Shown: positions 27,718 to 37,626 of the stretch, one piece after another | How positions within the stretch are numbered: position 1 is the stretch's first letter | Layout of the letters: each line of letters opens with the position of its first letter | Origin: Candidatus Azotimanducaceae bacterium | GTDB lineage: Bacteria; Pseudomonadota; Gammaproteobacteria; Pseudomonadales; Azotimanducaceae | Assembly: GCA_965248075.1 (NCBI GenBank) | Contig: CBDFIL010000002.1 | Coordinates: 16,223-80,222, forward strand | Direction: 5' to 3' | Length of the DNA stretch: 64,000 nucleotides | Program-made: the position numbers and the translations under genes | The notes under the pieces: generated by a model | Told to the model about the DNA's origin: nothing | Seen by the model: the letters and a program-made list of their open reading frames with translations, nothing else | The model's database searches: none

Positions 27718-29859
27718 GTGACGAAGTCGAAGATCGCATCCACCGTGCTGCCCGCCGTGCTGGCGGCGGGCGCTGCGGCCGAGTTGGCCGATCAGGACCC
27801 GTGGCTCTGGCTCGAGGACGTGGGTGGGGAGGCGCCCCTGGCCTGGGTCAAGGAGCGCAATGCGCGCACGGCAGAAGCCTATGCCGGCAGCGCCGCGTTT
27901 GCCGCGAGCCGGGATCGGTTCAAGGCGATCCTGGACTCGGACGAGCGCATCCCGTACGTCTCCAGGCGCGGCGACGCCTGGTACAACTTCTGGCGCGACG
28001 AGGAGCATCCCCGCGGGATCTGGCGGCGCACGACGCTCGAGGAGTACCGCAAGGAGTCGCCGGCGTGGGAGATCGTGCTCGATGTCGATGCGCTTGCGGA
28101 TGCGGAGGGCGAGAACTGGGTCTTCAAGGGCGCGGAGTACCGCCGGCCGGACTTCCGTCGCTGCCTGCTCCTGTTGTCGCGCGGTGGTGCGGACGCCGTC
28201 GTCGTGCGGGAGTTCGACCTGGTGGAGAAGGCCTTCGTCGAGGACGGCTTCTTCCTCCGGGAGGCCAAGAGCAGCGTGGACTGGGCCGGTCCCGACAGGC
28301 TGTTCGTCGGGACGGACTTCGGGCCAGGTTCGATGACGGAGTCCGGCTATCCGCGCATCGCCAAGGTCTGGGAGCGCGGCACGCCGCTCGCCGACGCGCC
28401 GATCGTGTTCGAAGGCGCGCTGGAGGACGTCAGCGTGAGCGCCTGGGCGGACCTCGGCGAGTACCCGCGCGAGTTCGTGCGCCGTGCGACCGACTTCTGG
28501 AACAGCGAGACTTACCTGTACCGGAACGGGGAGATCGTGCGCATCGATGCGCCCACCAGCGCCAACGTCTCGGTGTTTCGCGAGCGGCTGTTCCTCCGAC
28601 TGACGCAAGACTGGACCGTCGGCGCGACGACGCACTCGGCCGGGAGCTTCCTGACGGTGGACCTGGAGCGGTTCCTGGCGGGTGACCGCATGTTCGAGAC
28701 CCTGTTCGCCCCGACGCCGACCGTGTCCCTGGACAGCGTCTCGCTGACGCGCAATCACGTCGTCCTGACCCTGCTCGACAACGTCGTGTATCGCCTGGAA
28801 GTGCTCACCCCCGGCGCCCATGGCTGGCGGCGACGGGCGCTGCCAGCCGGGGACACGTACGACTCGGCGTACGCGGTGGCGGTGGACCGGGAGTCCAGCG
28901 ATGCCTATTTCCTGCACATCGACGGCTACCTGACCCCGCCGTCGCTTGCCTACGGCACGTTGGGCGGCGAGGTGGAGGGCGAGGCCGGGTCGGAAGCCCC
29001 GTCGGAGGTGCTGAAGACCACTCCCGCGCTGTTCGATGCCGACGGGTTGCAGGTGACGCAGCACTTCGCCAGCTCGCGGGACGGGACGCGCGTGCCGTAC
29101 TTCCAGGTGCGCCCGAACGCCAGCGATGGTCCGGGCCCCACGCTGCTCTACGGGTACGGCGGCTTCGAGATCTCCCTGACTCCGGGCTACCAGACGCTTA
29201 CCGGTGCGGGGTGGCTGGAAGCCGGCGGGACGTATGTCGTCGCCAACATCCGCGGCGGAGGCGAGTTCGGGCCCGCGTGGCATCGTGCGGCGCTGAAGGA
29301 GAACCGTCCCCTCGCCTTCGAGGACTTCGCGGCCGTCGCCGAGGACCTGATCGACAGCGAGATCACGACAGCCGGGCAGCTCGGCATCATGGGCGGCAGC
29401 AACGGCGGCCTGCTGATGGGCAACATGCTCACGATGCGCCCCGACCTGTTCGGTGCGGTCGTTGCACAGGTGCCCCTGTTCGACATGCGCCGGTATCACG
29501 AACTCCTCGCCGGTGCGAGCTGGATGGCGGAGTACGGAGACCCGGACATCCCGGGGGAGTGGGCTTTCATCCAGGGCTTCTCGCCCTACCACAACGTGGC
29601 CCCGGAGGCCGACTACCCGCCGGTCCTCGTCACCACCTCCACCCGCGACGACCGGGTCCATCCGGGGCACGCCCGCAAGATGGTGGCCAGGCTCGCGGCC
29701 ATGGGCCACGACGTCGCCTACTACGAGAACATCGAGGGCGGACACGCCGGTGCGGCGGACAACGCGCAGAGCGCGTTCATGTGGGCGCTCGCGTACGCGT
29801 TCCTCTGGAGGCACCTCGGCACGGAGGAGGACGACGCTGCCAGGATCCCGGGTCCGTAG
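27718..29859 (+). CDS. Prolyl oligopeptidase (S9A) family serine peptidase, secreted
   Basis: GTG 27718 preceded by CAGGAGG. Signal-like KIASTVLPAVLAAGAAA. DPWLWLEDV...APLAWVKERN, catalytic GIMGGSNGGLLMG, TSTRDDRVHPGHARKM. Confidence 0.9.
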   Translation: MTKSKIASTVLPAVLAAGAAAELADQDPWLWLEDVGGEAPLAWVKERNARTAEAYAGSAAFAASRDRFKAILDSDERIPYVSRRGDAWYNFWRDEEHPRGIWRRTTLEEYRKESPAWEIVLDVDALADAEGENWVFKGAEYRRPDFRRCLLLLSRGGADAVVVREFDLVEKAFVEDGFFLREAKSSVDWAGPDRLFVGTDFGPGSMTESGYPRIAKVWERGTPLADAPIVFEGALEDVSVSAWADLGEYPREFVRRATDFWNSETYLYRNGEIVRIDAPTSANVSVFRERLFLRLTQDWTVGATTHSAGSFLTVDLERFLAGDRMFETLFAPTPTVSLDSVSLTRNHVVLTLLDNVVYRLEVLTPGAHGWRRRALPAGDTYDSAYAVAVDRESSDAYFLHIDGYLTPPSLAYGTLGGEVEGEAGSEAPSEVLKTTPALFDADGLQVTQHFASSRDGTRVPYFQVRPNASDGPGPTLLYGYGGFEISLTPGYQTLTGAGWLEAGGTYVVANIRGGGEFGPAWHRAALKENRPLAFEDFAAVAEDLIDSEITTAGQLGIMGGSNGGLLMGNMLTMRPDLFGAVVAQVPLFDMRRYHELLAGASWMAEYGDPDIPGEWAFIQGFSPYHNVAPEADYPPVLVTTSTRDDRVHPGHARKMVARLAAMGHDVAYYENIEGGHAGAADNAQSAFMWALAYAFLWRHLGTEEDDAARIPGP

Positions 29860-29895
29860 GGGCGACCCTTGTGGTCGCCCGTCCCCTGCGGTTTG
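29859..29895. repeat. Single REP palindrome
   Basis: gtaggggcgacccttgtggtcgcccgtcccc immediately after the peptidase stop codon. Confidence 0.75.
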
Positions 29896-29963
29896 CGCTT
29901 GTCGTCTTCCCGGCTTGCTGATAGCGTCGGCGGCTGACCCTGTGGAACGGGAAGCGAGAGTCC

Positions 29964-30740
29964 ATGACCATACCTGCCAGCGCGGCGAGCCTTTCGCTTG
30001 CCGGTGAGACCGCGGTCGTCACCGGCGGTGGTACCGGGATCGGCAAGGGCATCGCCCTGGAGTTCGCCAGGGCGGGTGCGGACGTGGTCGTCGCGGGCCG
30101 CAGGCCCGAAGTGCTGGAGGTGGCAGCGGGGGAGATCCGGGCCCTGGGCCGGCGTGCCCTGGCGGTCCCCACGGACGTGAGGAAGCGCGGCGATGTCGAA
30201 CGACTGATCGAGACGGCCACCGATGCGTTCGGCGGCATCGACATCCTCGTCAACAACGCCGCCAACGGCGGCTCCGGCCCGTCCATGGCCGACAGCGACG
30301 AGGAGCGCTGGGACGAGATCGTCGACACGAATCTCAAGAGTGTCTACCTCTGCTGCCGTGCCGTGATCCCGGGCATGATCGACCGCAAGACCGGCTGCAT
30401 CATCAACATTTCGTCGGTGGCCTCGATGCGTCCGGAGGGGTGTCGGATCTACGGCATCGCCAAGGCCGGGGTGAACTTCATGACGCGGGGGCTTGCACAG
30501 GATCTTGCACCGCACAACATTCGCGTCAACTGCATCGCCCCCGGGGCGGTCCGCACCGACATGCTCACCGTCGACGTGGGCGAGGACGAGGAAAACTGGG
30601 AGAGGCTCGCGAAGTACATCCCGCTCGGCCGCGTTGGCGATCCCGTGGACATGGGCACGGTGGCGCTCTTCCTGGCGTCGCCTGCTGCCCACTACATCAG
30701 CGCGCAGACCATCGCCGTCGACGGAGCGCTGTTCGCATGA
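29964..30740 (+). CDS. SDR-family oxidoreductase (FabG-like)
   Basis: VVTGGGTGIGKGIA, NNAANGG, YGIAKAG. Confidence 0.92.
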   Translation: MTIPASAASLSLAGETAVVTGGGTGIGKGIALEFARAGADVVVAGRRPEVLEVAAGEIRALGRRALAVPTDVRKRGDVERLIETATDAFGGIDILVNNAANGGSGPSMADSDEERWDEIVDTNLKSVYLCCRAVIPGMIDRKTGCIINISSVASMRPEGCRIYGIAKAGVNFMTRGLAQDLAPHNIRVNCIAPGAVRTDMLTVDVGEDEENWERLAKYIPLGRVGDPVDMGTVALFLASPAAHYISAQTIAVDGALFA

Positions 30741-30763
30741 CACTGCCGAGGAGGACCGCCACC

Positions 30764-31717
30764 ATGGAGCCATCGATCAGGCGATTCACGCGGGAAGAAC
30801 CGGCGGCCGGTATCGCGGCGGAGATTCGCGAGAACGGCCTGGCGATGGTCGAGCATCTTTTCGCTCCCGAAGTGGCGGACCTGCTGGTCGCCAGGGTCGA
30901 ACCGGCACTCGACGAGCAGGAGCCGGGCGGCGGAGCGTTCTTCGGGCGCCGGAGACGGTCGATCGGCGCACTGTTCGCGCGCGGGCAGGAGTTCAGCGAG
31001 CACCTGTTGCTGAACGAACGCGTTCTCGAAGTACTCGATGCGATCCTGTTGCCGGAGTGCCCGATGGCGGCATCCACTCCACGGAGCACGAGAGAAAAGA
31101 CGAAGGAGAAGATACCGGTCGGTCCGGACGGAATGCCGGCGAGCTTCCACGAGGCGCCCGATCCGCTCGTCGGTCCCAACTGCCACCACTACCGGATCAA
31201 TGCCACCGTCGCGATGCAGGTCTGTGGCGGCGGGGGAAACCAGTACCTGCACCGCGACCAGTGGCGCTACCAGCCCTTCATGCACCGCGACCCGGACGGC
31301 CCCGAGCTGACGCTGGCGATCATGGTCGCGGGGACGGACTTCACCGCCGAGAACGGCGCCACGCGATACGTCCCTGGGAGCAATCGCTGGCCGGCCGGGC
31401 GCGGCCCGGAGGAACACGAAGTGGTGCAGGCCGTGATGCCGAAGGGCTCCATCGTGTTCTGGCTCGGGAGCGTCTTCCATGGCCTGGGGATCAACCACAC
31501 GGACACGCCCCGCACCGGATTCATCTATTCGTTCGGGCTCGACCACCTCGCGCAGGAAGAAAACCAGTTCCTGTCCGTGCCGCCGGAGATCGCCGGTACT
31601 CTTCCGCCCCGGGCGCAGCAATTGCTCGGCTACCGCATGAGTCACACGATCAATTTTGTAGCGGGTCGGGACCTGGACTTCGTGCTGCGACCGGGCGCCG
31701 GCAGCGTTCTGGACTAG
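30764..31717 (+). CDS. PhyH-family dioxygenase-like protein
   Basis: YLHRDQW, FTAENGATRYVPGSNRW, SIVFWLGSVFHGLGIN. ATG 30764 is preceded by GAGGAGGA. The alternative ATG 30737 overlaps the SDR stop (ATGA). Confidence 0.78.
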   Translation: MEPSIRRFTREEPAAGIAAEIRENGLAMVEHLFAPEVADLLVARVEPALDEQEPGGGAFFGRRRRSIGALFARGQEFSEHLLLNERVLEVLDAILLPECPMAASTPRSTREKTKEKIPVGPDGMPASFHEAPDPLVGPNCHHYRINATVAMQVCGGGGNQYLHRDQWRYQPFMHRDPDGPELTLAIMVAGTDFTAENGATRYVPGSNRWPAGRGPEEHEVVQAVMPKGSIVFWLGSVFHGLGINHTDTPRTGFIYSFGLDHLAQEENQFLSVPPEIAGTLPPRAQQLLGYRMSHTINFVAGRDLDFVLRPGAGSVLD

Positions 31718-31935
31718 TAGGGGCGACCCTTGTGGTCGCCCGTCCTGACCCTTGTGGTCGCCCGTCCTGACGCTTGTCGTCGCCCGTCCTGACGCTTGTC
31801 GTCGCCCGTCCTGGAATCGTCACAGCACGGAGGGCGGGACGGGACAAGCCCGTCCCCTACGTTCGCCCGGGGATGTGCATGAATTCGAGAACGGGACGCC
31901 ACAAGGGCGTCCCCTACATTCGCCCGTCCCGATGC
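31718..31935. repeat. REP cluster including 4 tandem 22-bp units and two inverted palindromes
   Basis: gtaggggcgacccttgtggtcgcccgtcct, then gaccc/gacgcttgt(g/c)gtcgcccgtcct x3. Then gggacgggacaagcccgtcccctac and gggacgccacaagggcgtcccctac. Confidence 0.8.
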
Positions 31936-32015
31936 CGCGCAAGCGCATATCGCATGCAACATCCGCCGCCGGTCGCTATGCTCCTGACCGCGTGAGTCCG
32001 ATTGGAAGGAGAACC

Positions 32016-33206
32016 GTGAGCGAGATACGCGATTATCGAATCGACATCGCCGAGGAGACGCTCGAGGACCTCAAGGACCGGTTGCGGCGGACGCGCTGGC
32101 CGGAGGCGGAGATGCCCGACGCGGTGACCGCGCAGCCGACGTCCGTCCGCGGCGGGGACGCGAGGGCGTGGGGCCAGGGTCTGCCCCTTGCATACGCGCA
32201 GGAACTGCGCGATTACTGGCTCGAGGAATACGACTGGCCGGCGCGACAGCAGTACTTCAACCGGTTCCCGCAGGGTGTCACCGAGATCCATGGCCTGGAC
32301 ATCCACTTCATGCACGTGCGCAGTCCGAGCCCGGATGCGGTTCCGCTGCTGATCACCCACGGATGGCCGGGTTCCGTGGTCGAGTTCCACAAGATCATCG
32401 AGCCCCTCGCGGATCCGGCCGCGCACGGCGGGGATGCGGCGGACGCTTTCCACATCATCTGTCCATCCCTGCCGGGCTACGGCTTCTCGGCCAAGCCCAC
32501 CGCAACGGGTTGGGGCGTGGACAGGATCGCGGAGGCCTGGGACGAACTCATGGGACGGCTTGGCTACGAACGCTACTTCGCCCAGGGCGGAGACTGGGGC
32601 GCGGCGGTGACCACCCGGATCGGGACCCAGGACAAGGGCCGCTGCGCCGGCATCCATGTCAACATGCCTGCTTCGGGGCCGACCAGGGAGGCCCGGGAGA
32701 ATCCGACGCCACGCGACATCCAGGCGTTCGATGGCGGGCGGTACTACAACGACTGGGGCGCCGGCTACTCGAAGCAGCAGAGCACGCGTCCGCAGACGCT
32801 CGGCTACGGGCTCGTGGACTCCCCGATGGGCCAGGCGACGTGGATCATCGAAAAGTTCTGGGAGTGGACGGACTGCGGTGCGCACCCGGAGAACGCGATC
32901 AGCCGGGAAGAACTGATCGACAACGTGATGTTCTATTGGCTGAACGGCAACGGCGCTTCGTCCGGGCGACTCTATTGGGAGAGCTTCAACCGGGCGTTCG
33001 GAGGCGAGCAGCCGATGGTCACGCTGCCGACCGCGTGCAGCATCTTTCCGAAGGAGATCATACCGACGCCGCGCAGCTGGGCAGAGCGCCGCTACGACAA
33101 CATCGTCTACTGGAACGAACTCGACAAGGGCGGCCACTTCGCGGCGTTCGAGCAGCCGGAGCTGTTCGTCGCGGAGATGCGCAAGTGCTTTCGCTTGATG
33201 CGTTAG
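32016..33206 (+). CDS. Epoxide hydrolase (microsomal-type, EHN N-terminal domain + alpha/beta hydrolase)
   Basis: IRDYRIDIAEETLEDLKDRLRRTRWPE, HGWPGS, GGDWGA. GTG 32016 follows AAGGAG. Confidence 0.87.
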   Translation: MSEIRDYRIDIAEETLEDLKDRLRRTRWPEAEMPDAVTAQPTSVRGGDARAWGQGLPLAYAQELRDYWLEEYDWPARQQYFNRFPQGVTEIHGLDIHFMHVRSPSPDAVPLLITHGWPGSVVEFHKIIEPLADPAAHGGDAADAFHIICPSLPGYGFSAKPTATGWGVDRIAEAWDELMGRLGYERYFAQGGDWGAAVTTRIGTQDKGRCAGIHVNMPASGPTREARENPTPRDIQAFDGGRYYNDWGAGYSKQQSTRPQTLGYGLVDSPMGQATWIIEKFWEWTDCGAHPENAISREELIDNVMFYWLNGNGASSGRLYWESFNRAFGGEQPMVTLPTACSIFPKEIIPTPRSWAERRYDNIVYWNELDKGGHFAAFEQPELFVAEMRKCFRLMR

Positions 33207-33426
33207 CGACCTCCCGCCTACGCCGGCACAGGCCGTTCGTGCAGACTTGACGGTCCCTGCGCCGGGACGAATTCCCACGCGAATTGGGGAACGGGCTCAT
33301 TCGGGTTCGGTTCCGGTGCATCCAGACTACCTCGGAGGTTACCTGGATGCGTACGTATCGAACCCGTGCTACGGTTTGCCGCAACATGTCCCGCGGCGTG
33401 TCCACGAGGGAGGGCGCAACGTTCCC

Positions 33427-34119
33427 ATGAAGCCACGGCCCCTGCCGGCGGAGGATCCGCTCTATCCCAGTTCCGACGGCAAGCCGTTGGCTGAGAACGA
33501 CTGGCAGCTCGAGACGATCCTGTCCGCGGTGGATGTCCTGCGGGGGTATTTCGAGGAACAGCCCGACGTCTACGTGTCGGGCGATCTGCTGGTCTACTAC
33601 GAAGAAGGGAACCCGCGGAAGTCCGTGGCCCCCGACGTGTTCGTGGTGATTGGCGCACCCAGGCACAACCGCATGACCTACAAGCTCTGGGAGGAGCCGA
33701 AAGCGCCGGACTTCGTCCTGGAGGTGGCATCGCGGAACACGTGGAAGGAAGACGTGGGCCCCAAGCGCGCGATCTACGCCGCCATCGGCGTGCGCGAATA
33801 CTGGCTGTTCGACCCGAAGAACGAGTACTTCGATCCGCCGCTGCAAGGACTGTCGCTCGCGAACGGGGTCTACGGGCCGCTGTCGGCGCGTGTGGAAGCG
33901 GGCCGGCGCACGCTGTCGAGTGAAGTGCTCGGGCTGGACCTGCAGGTGGAAGGCGGGAAGCTGCGGTTCCGGGAGGTCGGAGGCGGGGATCCGCTGCCTA
34001 CGTATGCCGAGCAGGGTGCCGCCTGGCGACGGGAGCGGGCCACGCGACGCGCCGCCGAAGCCCGCATTGCCGAACTGGAGGCGCGCCTTGCCGCGGCCGA
34101 GTCCAGAGACGCTCGCTGA
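33427..34119 (+). CDS. Uma2-family (DUF820) endonuclease
   Basis: YPSSDGKPLAENDWQLE..., VYVSGDLLVYYEEGN...VAPDVFVV, PDFVLEVAS, YAAIGVREYWLFDP. Confidence 0.85.
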   Translation: MKPRPLPAEDPLYPSSDGKPLAENDWQLETILSAVDVLRGYFEEQPDVYVSGDLLVYYEEGNPRKSVAPDVFVVIGAPRHNRMTYKLWEEPKAPDFVLEVASRNTWKEDVGPKRAIYAAIGVREYWLFDPKNEYFDPPLQGLSLANGVYGPLSARVEAGRRTLSSEVLGLDLQVEGGKLRFREVGGGDPLPTYAEQGAAWRRERATRRAAEARIAELEARLAAAESRDAR

Positions 34120-34232
34120 CGCTGAGGTCGGTCGTGCCTGCTGCGAGTAGCCGGGCGGCCCCGCATACGGTAGCGGCCCGTCGAATCCGATAGGATAGGT
34201 AACCGACAGGGCCCAGCGAGGAGGGAAGCAAT

Positions 34233-34593
34233 ATGGGCATCACGGTCGAAGAGAACTATTTCACCGACCTCGACGACGCGCGTGCGGAGATCAAGGCGGC
34301 CGGGCAGTTCCTGCAGGAAGTGGACGCGCAGGCAAGTGGCGGGACGCCGATTCACTGGCACGACATCGGCATCCACTTCTATGTCAGCGAGGGCATCTTC
34401 CGTTTCCAGAATCCGGCGACCGGGGCGGTGCACCAGTGCGGCCCGGGGACCAAGTTCGTCATCCCGGAGCGGACCCTTGCACATCGAGGAAGACCACGAC
34501 GGCTACAAGGGCGTCGTGGGCCTGACGAAGGAGATCTTTCCGGAGCCGTTCATCCGCCAGCCCGAGGAACTCGAGGCGCTGACCGAGGCGTAG
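34233..34593 (+). pseudogene. Small cupin-like protein with an apparent 1-nt insertion
   Basis: ATG 34233 with a GAGGAGGGA SD: ...GGTPIHWHDIGIHFYVSEGIFRFQNPATGAVHQCGPGTKFVIPERT. The frame then switches at ~34479 (accctt-g-cacatc) to LHIEEDHDGYKGVVGLTKEIFPEPFIRQPEELEALTEA-stop at 34593. The unshifted frame gives an R/G-rich tail. Confidence 0.55.
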
Positions 34594-34705
34594 GGACACC
34601 GCGGCCCGGCCGCGAACTGGAGGCGCGACTCCGGGAGGCGGAGTCTCGGAGCCCGGGTTGATGCGTCCTGGGGCGCGAGGCCGAGCAGCCGCGCCTTCGC
34701 TTTGG

Positions 34706-35533
34706 CTACACCTCGACCCCGTCGAAGCAGTCGAGTATCCGCTCCATCCGCTCCCGAATGCCCTGGACCAGGCTCGCGTGGGTGAAGATGAAGGGCTTGT
34801 TCTTGCGGATCCCGTCGAGAACCTGTTCCCCGACCACGTTCGGGTCCAGGCCTTCGGTGGCGAAGCGTTGCTCGACTTCTTCACGCTCCGTGCTCTCGAA
34901 CATTCCGGTCGAACGTTCGGCGAGTGCGTCCGGCCGGTTACGTTCCGAGCGCAGGATGCGCGTGTCGATCATGCCGGGACACAGCGCCGAGACGCCGATG
35001 TCGTACGGGGCGAGATCCTCTCGGGAGGACTCCGAGATCGCCACCACGGCATACTTGGACGCTGCATAGATGGACTGGCGGGGACCTGTCCAGAGGCCCA
35101 GGATCGAGGCGGTATTCACGATGTGGCCACCGCTGCCGCCAGCCTTGATGATCGGCACGTAGGCCCGCATCCCGTTTACGACGCCCTGGAGGTTCACGCC
35201 CAGCACCCAGTCCCAGTCGTCGTCGCTGGTTTCGTCAATGGGGCCGCCGGCGGCGACGCCGGCGTTGTTGCAGACGATGTCGACACGGCCGTAGTGGTCA
35301 CGGACAGCGGCAGCCACAGCCCGTACCTGCTGGCGGTGGCTGACGTCGCAGACGAAGGGCTGCACGTCCACGTTGGCGGTATCGAACCCGGCCCGGGCGG
35401 CGGCGAGCGCCTGCTCCTCCACGTCGAGCATGGCGACATGGACCCCGGCACCGGTCAGCGCGCGCACGATGCCGAGTCCGATGCCGGATGCCGCGCCGGT
35501 GACTACCGCAACCCTGTTCTGTACCTCCTGCAC
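34706..35533 (-). CDS. SDR-family oxidoreductase
   Basis: VAVVTGAASGIGLGI, CNNAGV, YAASKYAV. GTG 35533 is preceded by GGAGGAGAGA. Confidence 0.92.
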   Translation of the reverse strand: MQEVQNRVAVVTGAASGIGLGIVRALTGAGVHVAMLDVEEQALAAARAGFDTANVDVQPFVCDVSHRQQVRAVAAAVRDHYGRVDIVCNNAGVAAGGPIDETSDDDWDWVLGVNLQGVVNGMRAYVPIIKAGGSGGHIVNTASILGLWTGPRQSIYAASKYAVVAISESSREDLAPYDIGVSALCPGMIDTRILRSERNRPDALAERSTGMFESTEREEVEQRFATEGLDPNVVGEQVLDGIRKNKPFIFTHASLVQGIRERMERILDCFDGVEV

Positions 35534-35589
35534 TCTCTCCTCCGCTCACGTGGCCCCGATGGGGCGGTCGAGGTGGGTATGCAAGCACG

Positions 35590-36141
35590 TCGCGGCAGGG
35601 ATGGGAACCGGCGCGGGTCTACATCACCGCGCGCACCGCCGAGCGCTACGACGCCACCGCCCGCCGGCTGTCGGAAGCGCACGACGGCGAGTGCTTCTCG
35701 GTGCCGGGGGACGTCAGCTCCGTGGCGGGGGGTGGCGGCGATCGTGACGGAACTCGCAGGCGGGAGTCGAAGCTCGACACGGAGGTGCCCACCTGGGGCT
35801 ACGGACCGTCGAAGGCGCCGCTGCATCACATGACGCAGTACCTGGCGAAGGAACATATCCTGGTCAATGCGGTTGCCCTGGGCGGTTTCGCCACGCCACT
35901 CATCGCCGAGCTGGCAGACCCGGCGGCGAAGAGCTTCGACGAGGTCGACTGGAGCGCACTGCATGCGCGGATTCCGCTCGGCCACCTCGGGCGCGCCGAA
36001 GACGTCGCCGGCGTCGCGATCCTGCTGAGTTCCTGCGCCGGCGGGTACATGGTGGGTAGCACGCTCTGCTGCGACGGCGGCCTGCTCGCGGCAGCGACAC
36101 CTTCGATTCCGGGCCTCGACTACGTGGGGGGTGAAGTCTGA
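35590..36141 (+). pseudogene. SDR relic lacking the GxxxGxG Rossmann start and the NNAG region
   Basis: The frame reads ...ARVYITARTAERYDATARRLSEAHDGECFSVPGDVSSVAG...ESKLD, then directly ...WGYGPSKAPLHHMTQYLAKEHILVNAVALGGF...IPLGHLGRAEDVAGVAILLSS..GGYMVGSTLCCDGG. The central ~60 aa and the N-terminus are absent. Confidence 0.6.
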
Positions 36142-36276
36142 CGGACGCAACGGCCGGGACCCTTCGGGTTGCGTGATTGGGGAGCGTCTTGCCCGCTGCC
36201 GGGCGACGCGACAAACTGCGGCGTTGCTGCCGACGGGTCAGGTCACCCTCGGCAATCTGCAAGGGAGGCTGCGAGC

Positions 36277-37563
36277 ATGGCCGAGGTGTTCCTGTCCGAC
36301 GCGTGGTGGCGTCTGGCCGAAGAACCGGCGTCCGAGGATTCCAGTGGCGGTTCCGCCGTGGTGAACCTCCGGGTCGAGCGTGGGCCCGAGGGGGAGAAAC
36401 GCGCGTACTTCACCGGGAGGCGTATGGTATCCGGTCACTCGGGAGCAGCGGTGGCGACCGTGACCCTGCCGTTCACCGTCGCCCATGCGGTGTTCGTCGA
36501 GGGGAAGCTGCAGGACGCGATGTCCGCCTACGCCGCCGGCAGGATCCGGGTGGAGGGCTCGATGGCGGGGCTCGGCGCCATCGCCGGGACAGACGAGGTG
36601 GGTCCCTTGCGCGAGCGTCTGCGCGGGATCACGGCACCCCTCGGCGACGGTCCTTCGCTCACCGGCGCCGCGGCACGTCGGCAGCAGGGAACGGACGAGG
36701 TCGAGCGTCTCGGGCTCGGCGACTACGCGCGCGAACTCGACGCCCAAGGGTACGCCATCGTGCCGCGTGAAGTCACCGGGATGCATGTCGAGTTCATCGA
36801 TCGCCTGTACGGCCGGGTGCTCGACGTCATGGAGGAGGAGAGCGGCGTGCGACCCGATGTCGAGACGGGTGAGACACACCGCGACGTCTACTACCCGAGC
36901 CTCTGTTACTGCCTGTTCAAGGACCGCAGGTTCGAGACGTTGCTGATGAACGAGTACGCCCTCGCGATGGGTTCGTACCTCGTCGGCGAGGACTCGGTGC
37001 TCTCGATCGACGCCGTCTTCATGAAGTGGCCGGCGCACCCGAAGGGCAACGGCAGCCGACTGCAACTGGGCCTGCACGCGGATTACTCCGGCTGGTCGCT
37101 GCCCGAGCCCTACCCGCACCCGGCGCAGCCCGCGAGCGTCAATTGCACCTGGCTCCTGACGGATTACGCGGCCGACAACGGGGCCCTCGTGTTCGTGCCG
37201 GGCAGCCACCAGTTGCGCCGCTCTCCGGTCGGGCTCGAGGGGGAGGACCGCATGATTCCCGTGCAGGCCCCGCGGGGGACCCTGGTGGTCTGGAGCGGCG
37301 GCACCTGGCATGGCAGCCTGCCGGCGAAGAGAGCGGGACTGCGCGCGGGCCTGGCGCACGTGCTGACGCGGCCGTGGCTCATGCGCCAGCAGCCGCACGG
37401 CGAGGACGTGACCGAGCAGATGCTGGCGCGCAACGGTCCGCGTTTCGCCGTGCTGATGGGTCAGAACTATATCGCCGGGTACCGGTCGGAGGGGCCGCAG
37501 GTGCTGATGGCGCGTCGGGCCGCGGCGGCCGCTGCGCGGGCACGGGAAGTCGCCAACGCCTGA
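36277..37563 (+). CDS. SCP2 sterol-carrier-like domain fused to a PhyH-family dioxygenase domain
   Basis: N-terminus MAEVFLSDAWW...NLRVERGPEG...ATVTLPFTVAHAVFVEGKLQDAMSAYAAGRIRVEGSMAGL (SCP2 pattern). Then GLHADY, ALVFVPGSHQL, LVVWSGGTWHGSLP. ATG 36277 with a GGGAGG SD. Confidence 0.83.
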   Translation: MAEVFLSDAWWRLAEEPASEDSSGGSAVVNLRVERGPEGEKRAYFTGRRMVSGHSGAAVATVTLPFTVAHAVFVEGKLQDAMSAYAAGRIRVEGSMAGLGAIAGTDEVGPLRERLRGITAPLGDGPSLTGAAARRQQGTDEVERLGLGDYARELDAQGYAIVPREVTGMHVEFIDRLYGRVLDVMEEESGVRPDVETGETHRDVYYPSLCYCLFKDRRFETLLMNEYALAMGSYLVGEDSVLSIDAVFMKWPAHPKGNGSRLQLGLHADYSGWSLPEPYPHPAQPASVNCTWLLTDYAADNGALVFVPGSHQLRRSPVGLEGEDRMIPVQAPRGTLVVWSGGTWHGSLPAKRAGLRAGLAHVLTRPWLMRQQPHGEDVTEQMLARNGPRFAVLMGQNYIAGYRSEGPQVLMARRAAAAAARAREVANA

Positions 37564-37626
37564 GGCGGTGCGCCCGCCCATGCCGCGTGAGACACTTTAT
37601 GTCCGCACAGCCGAAGGACCTGCGAA

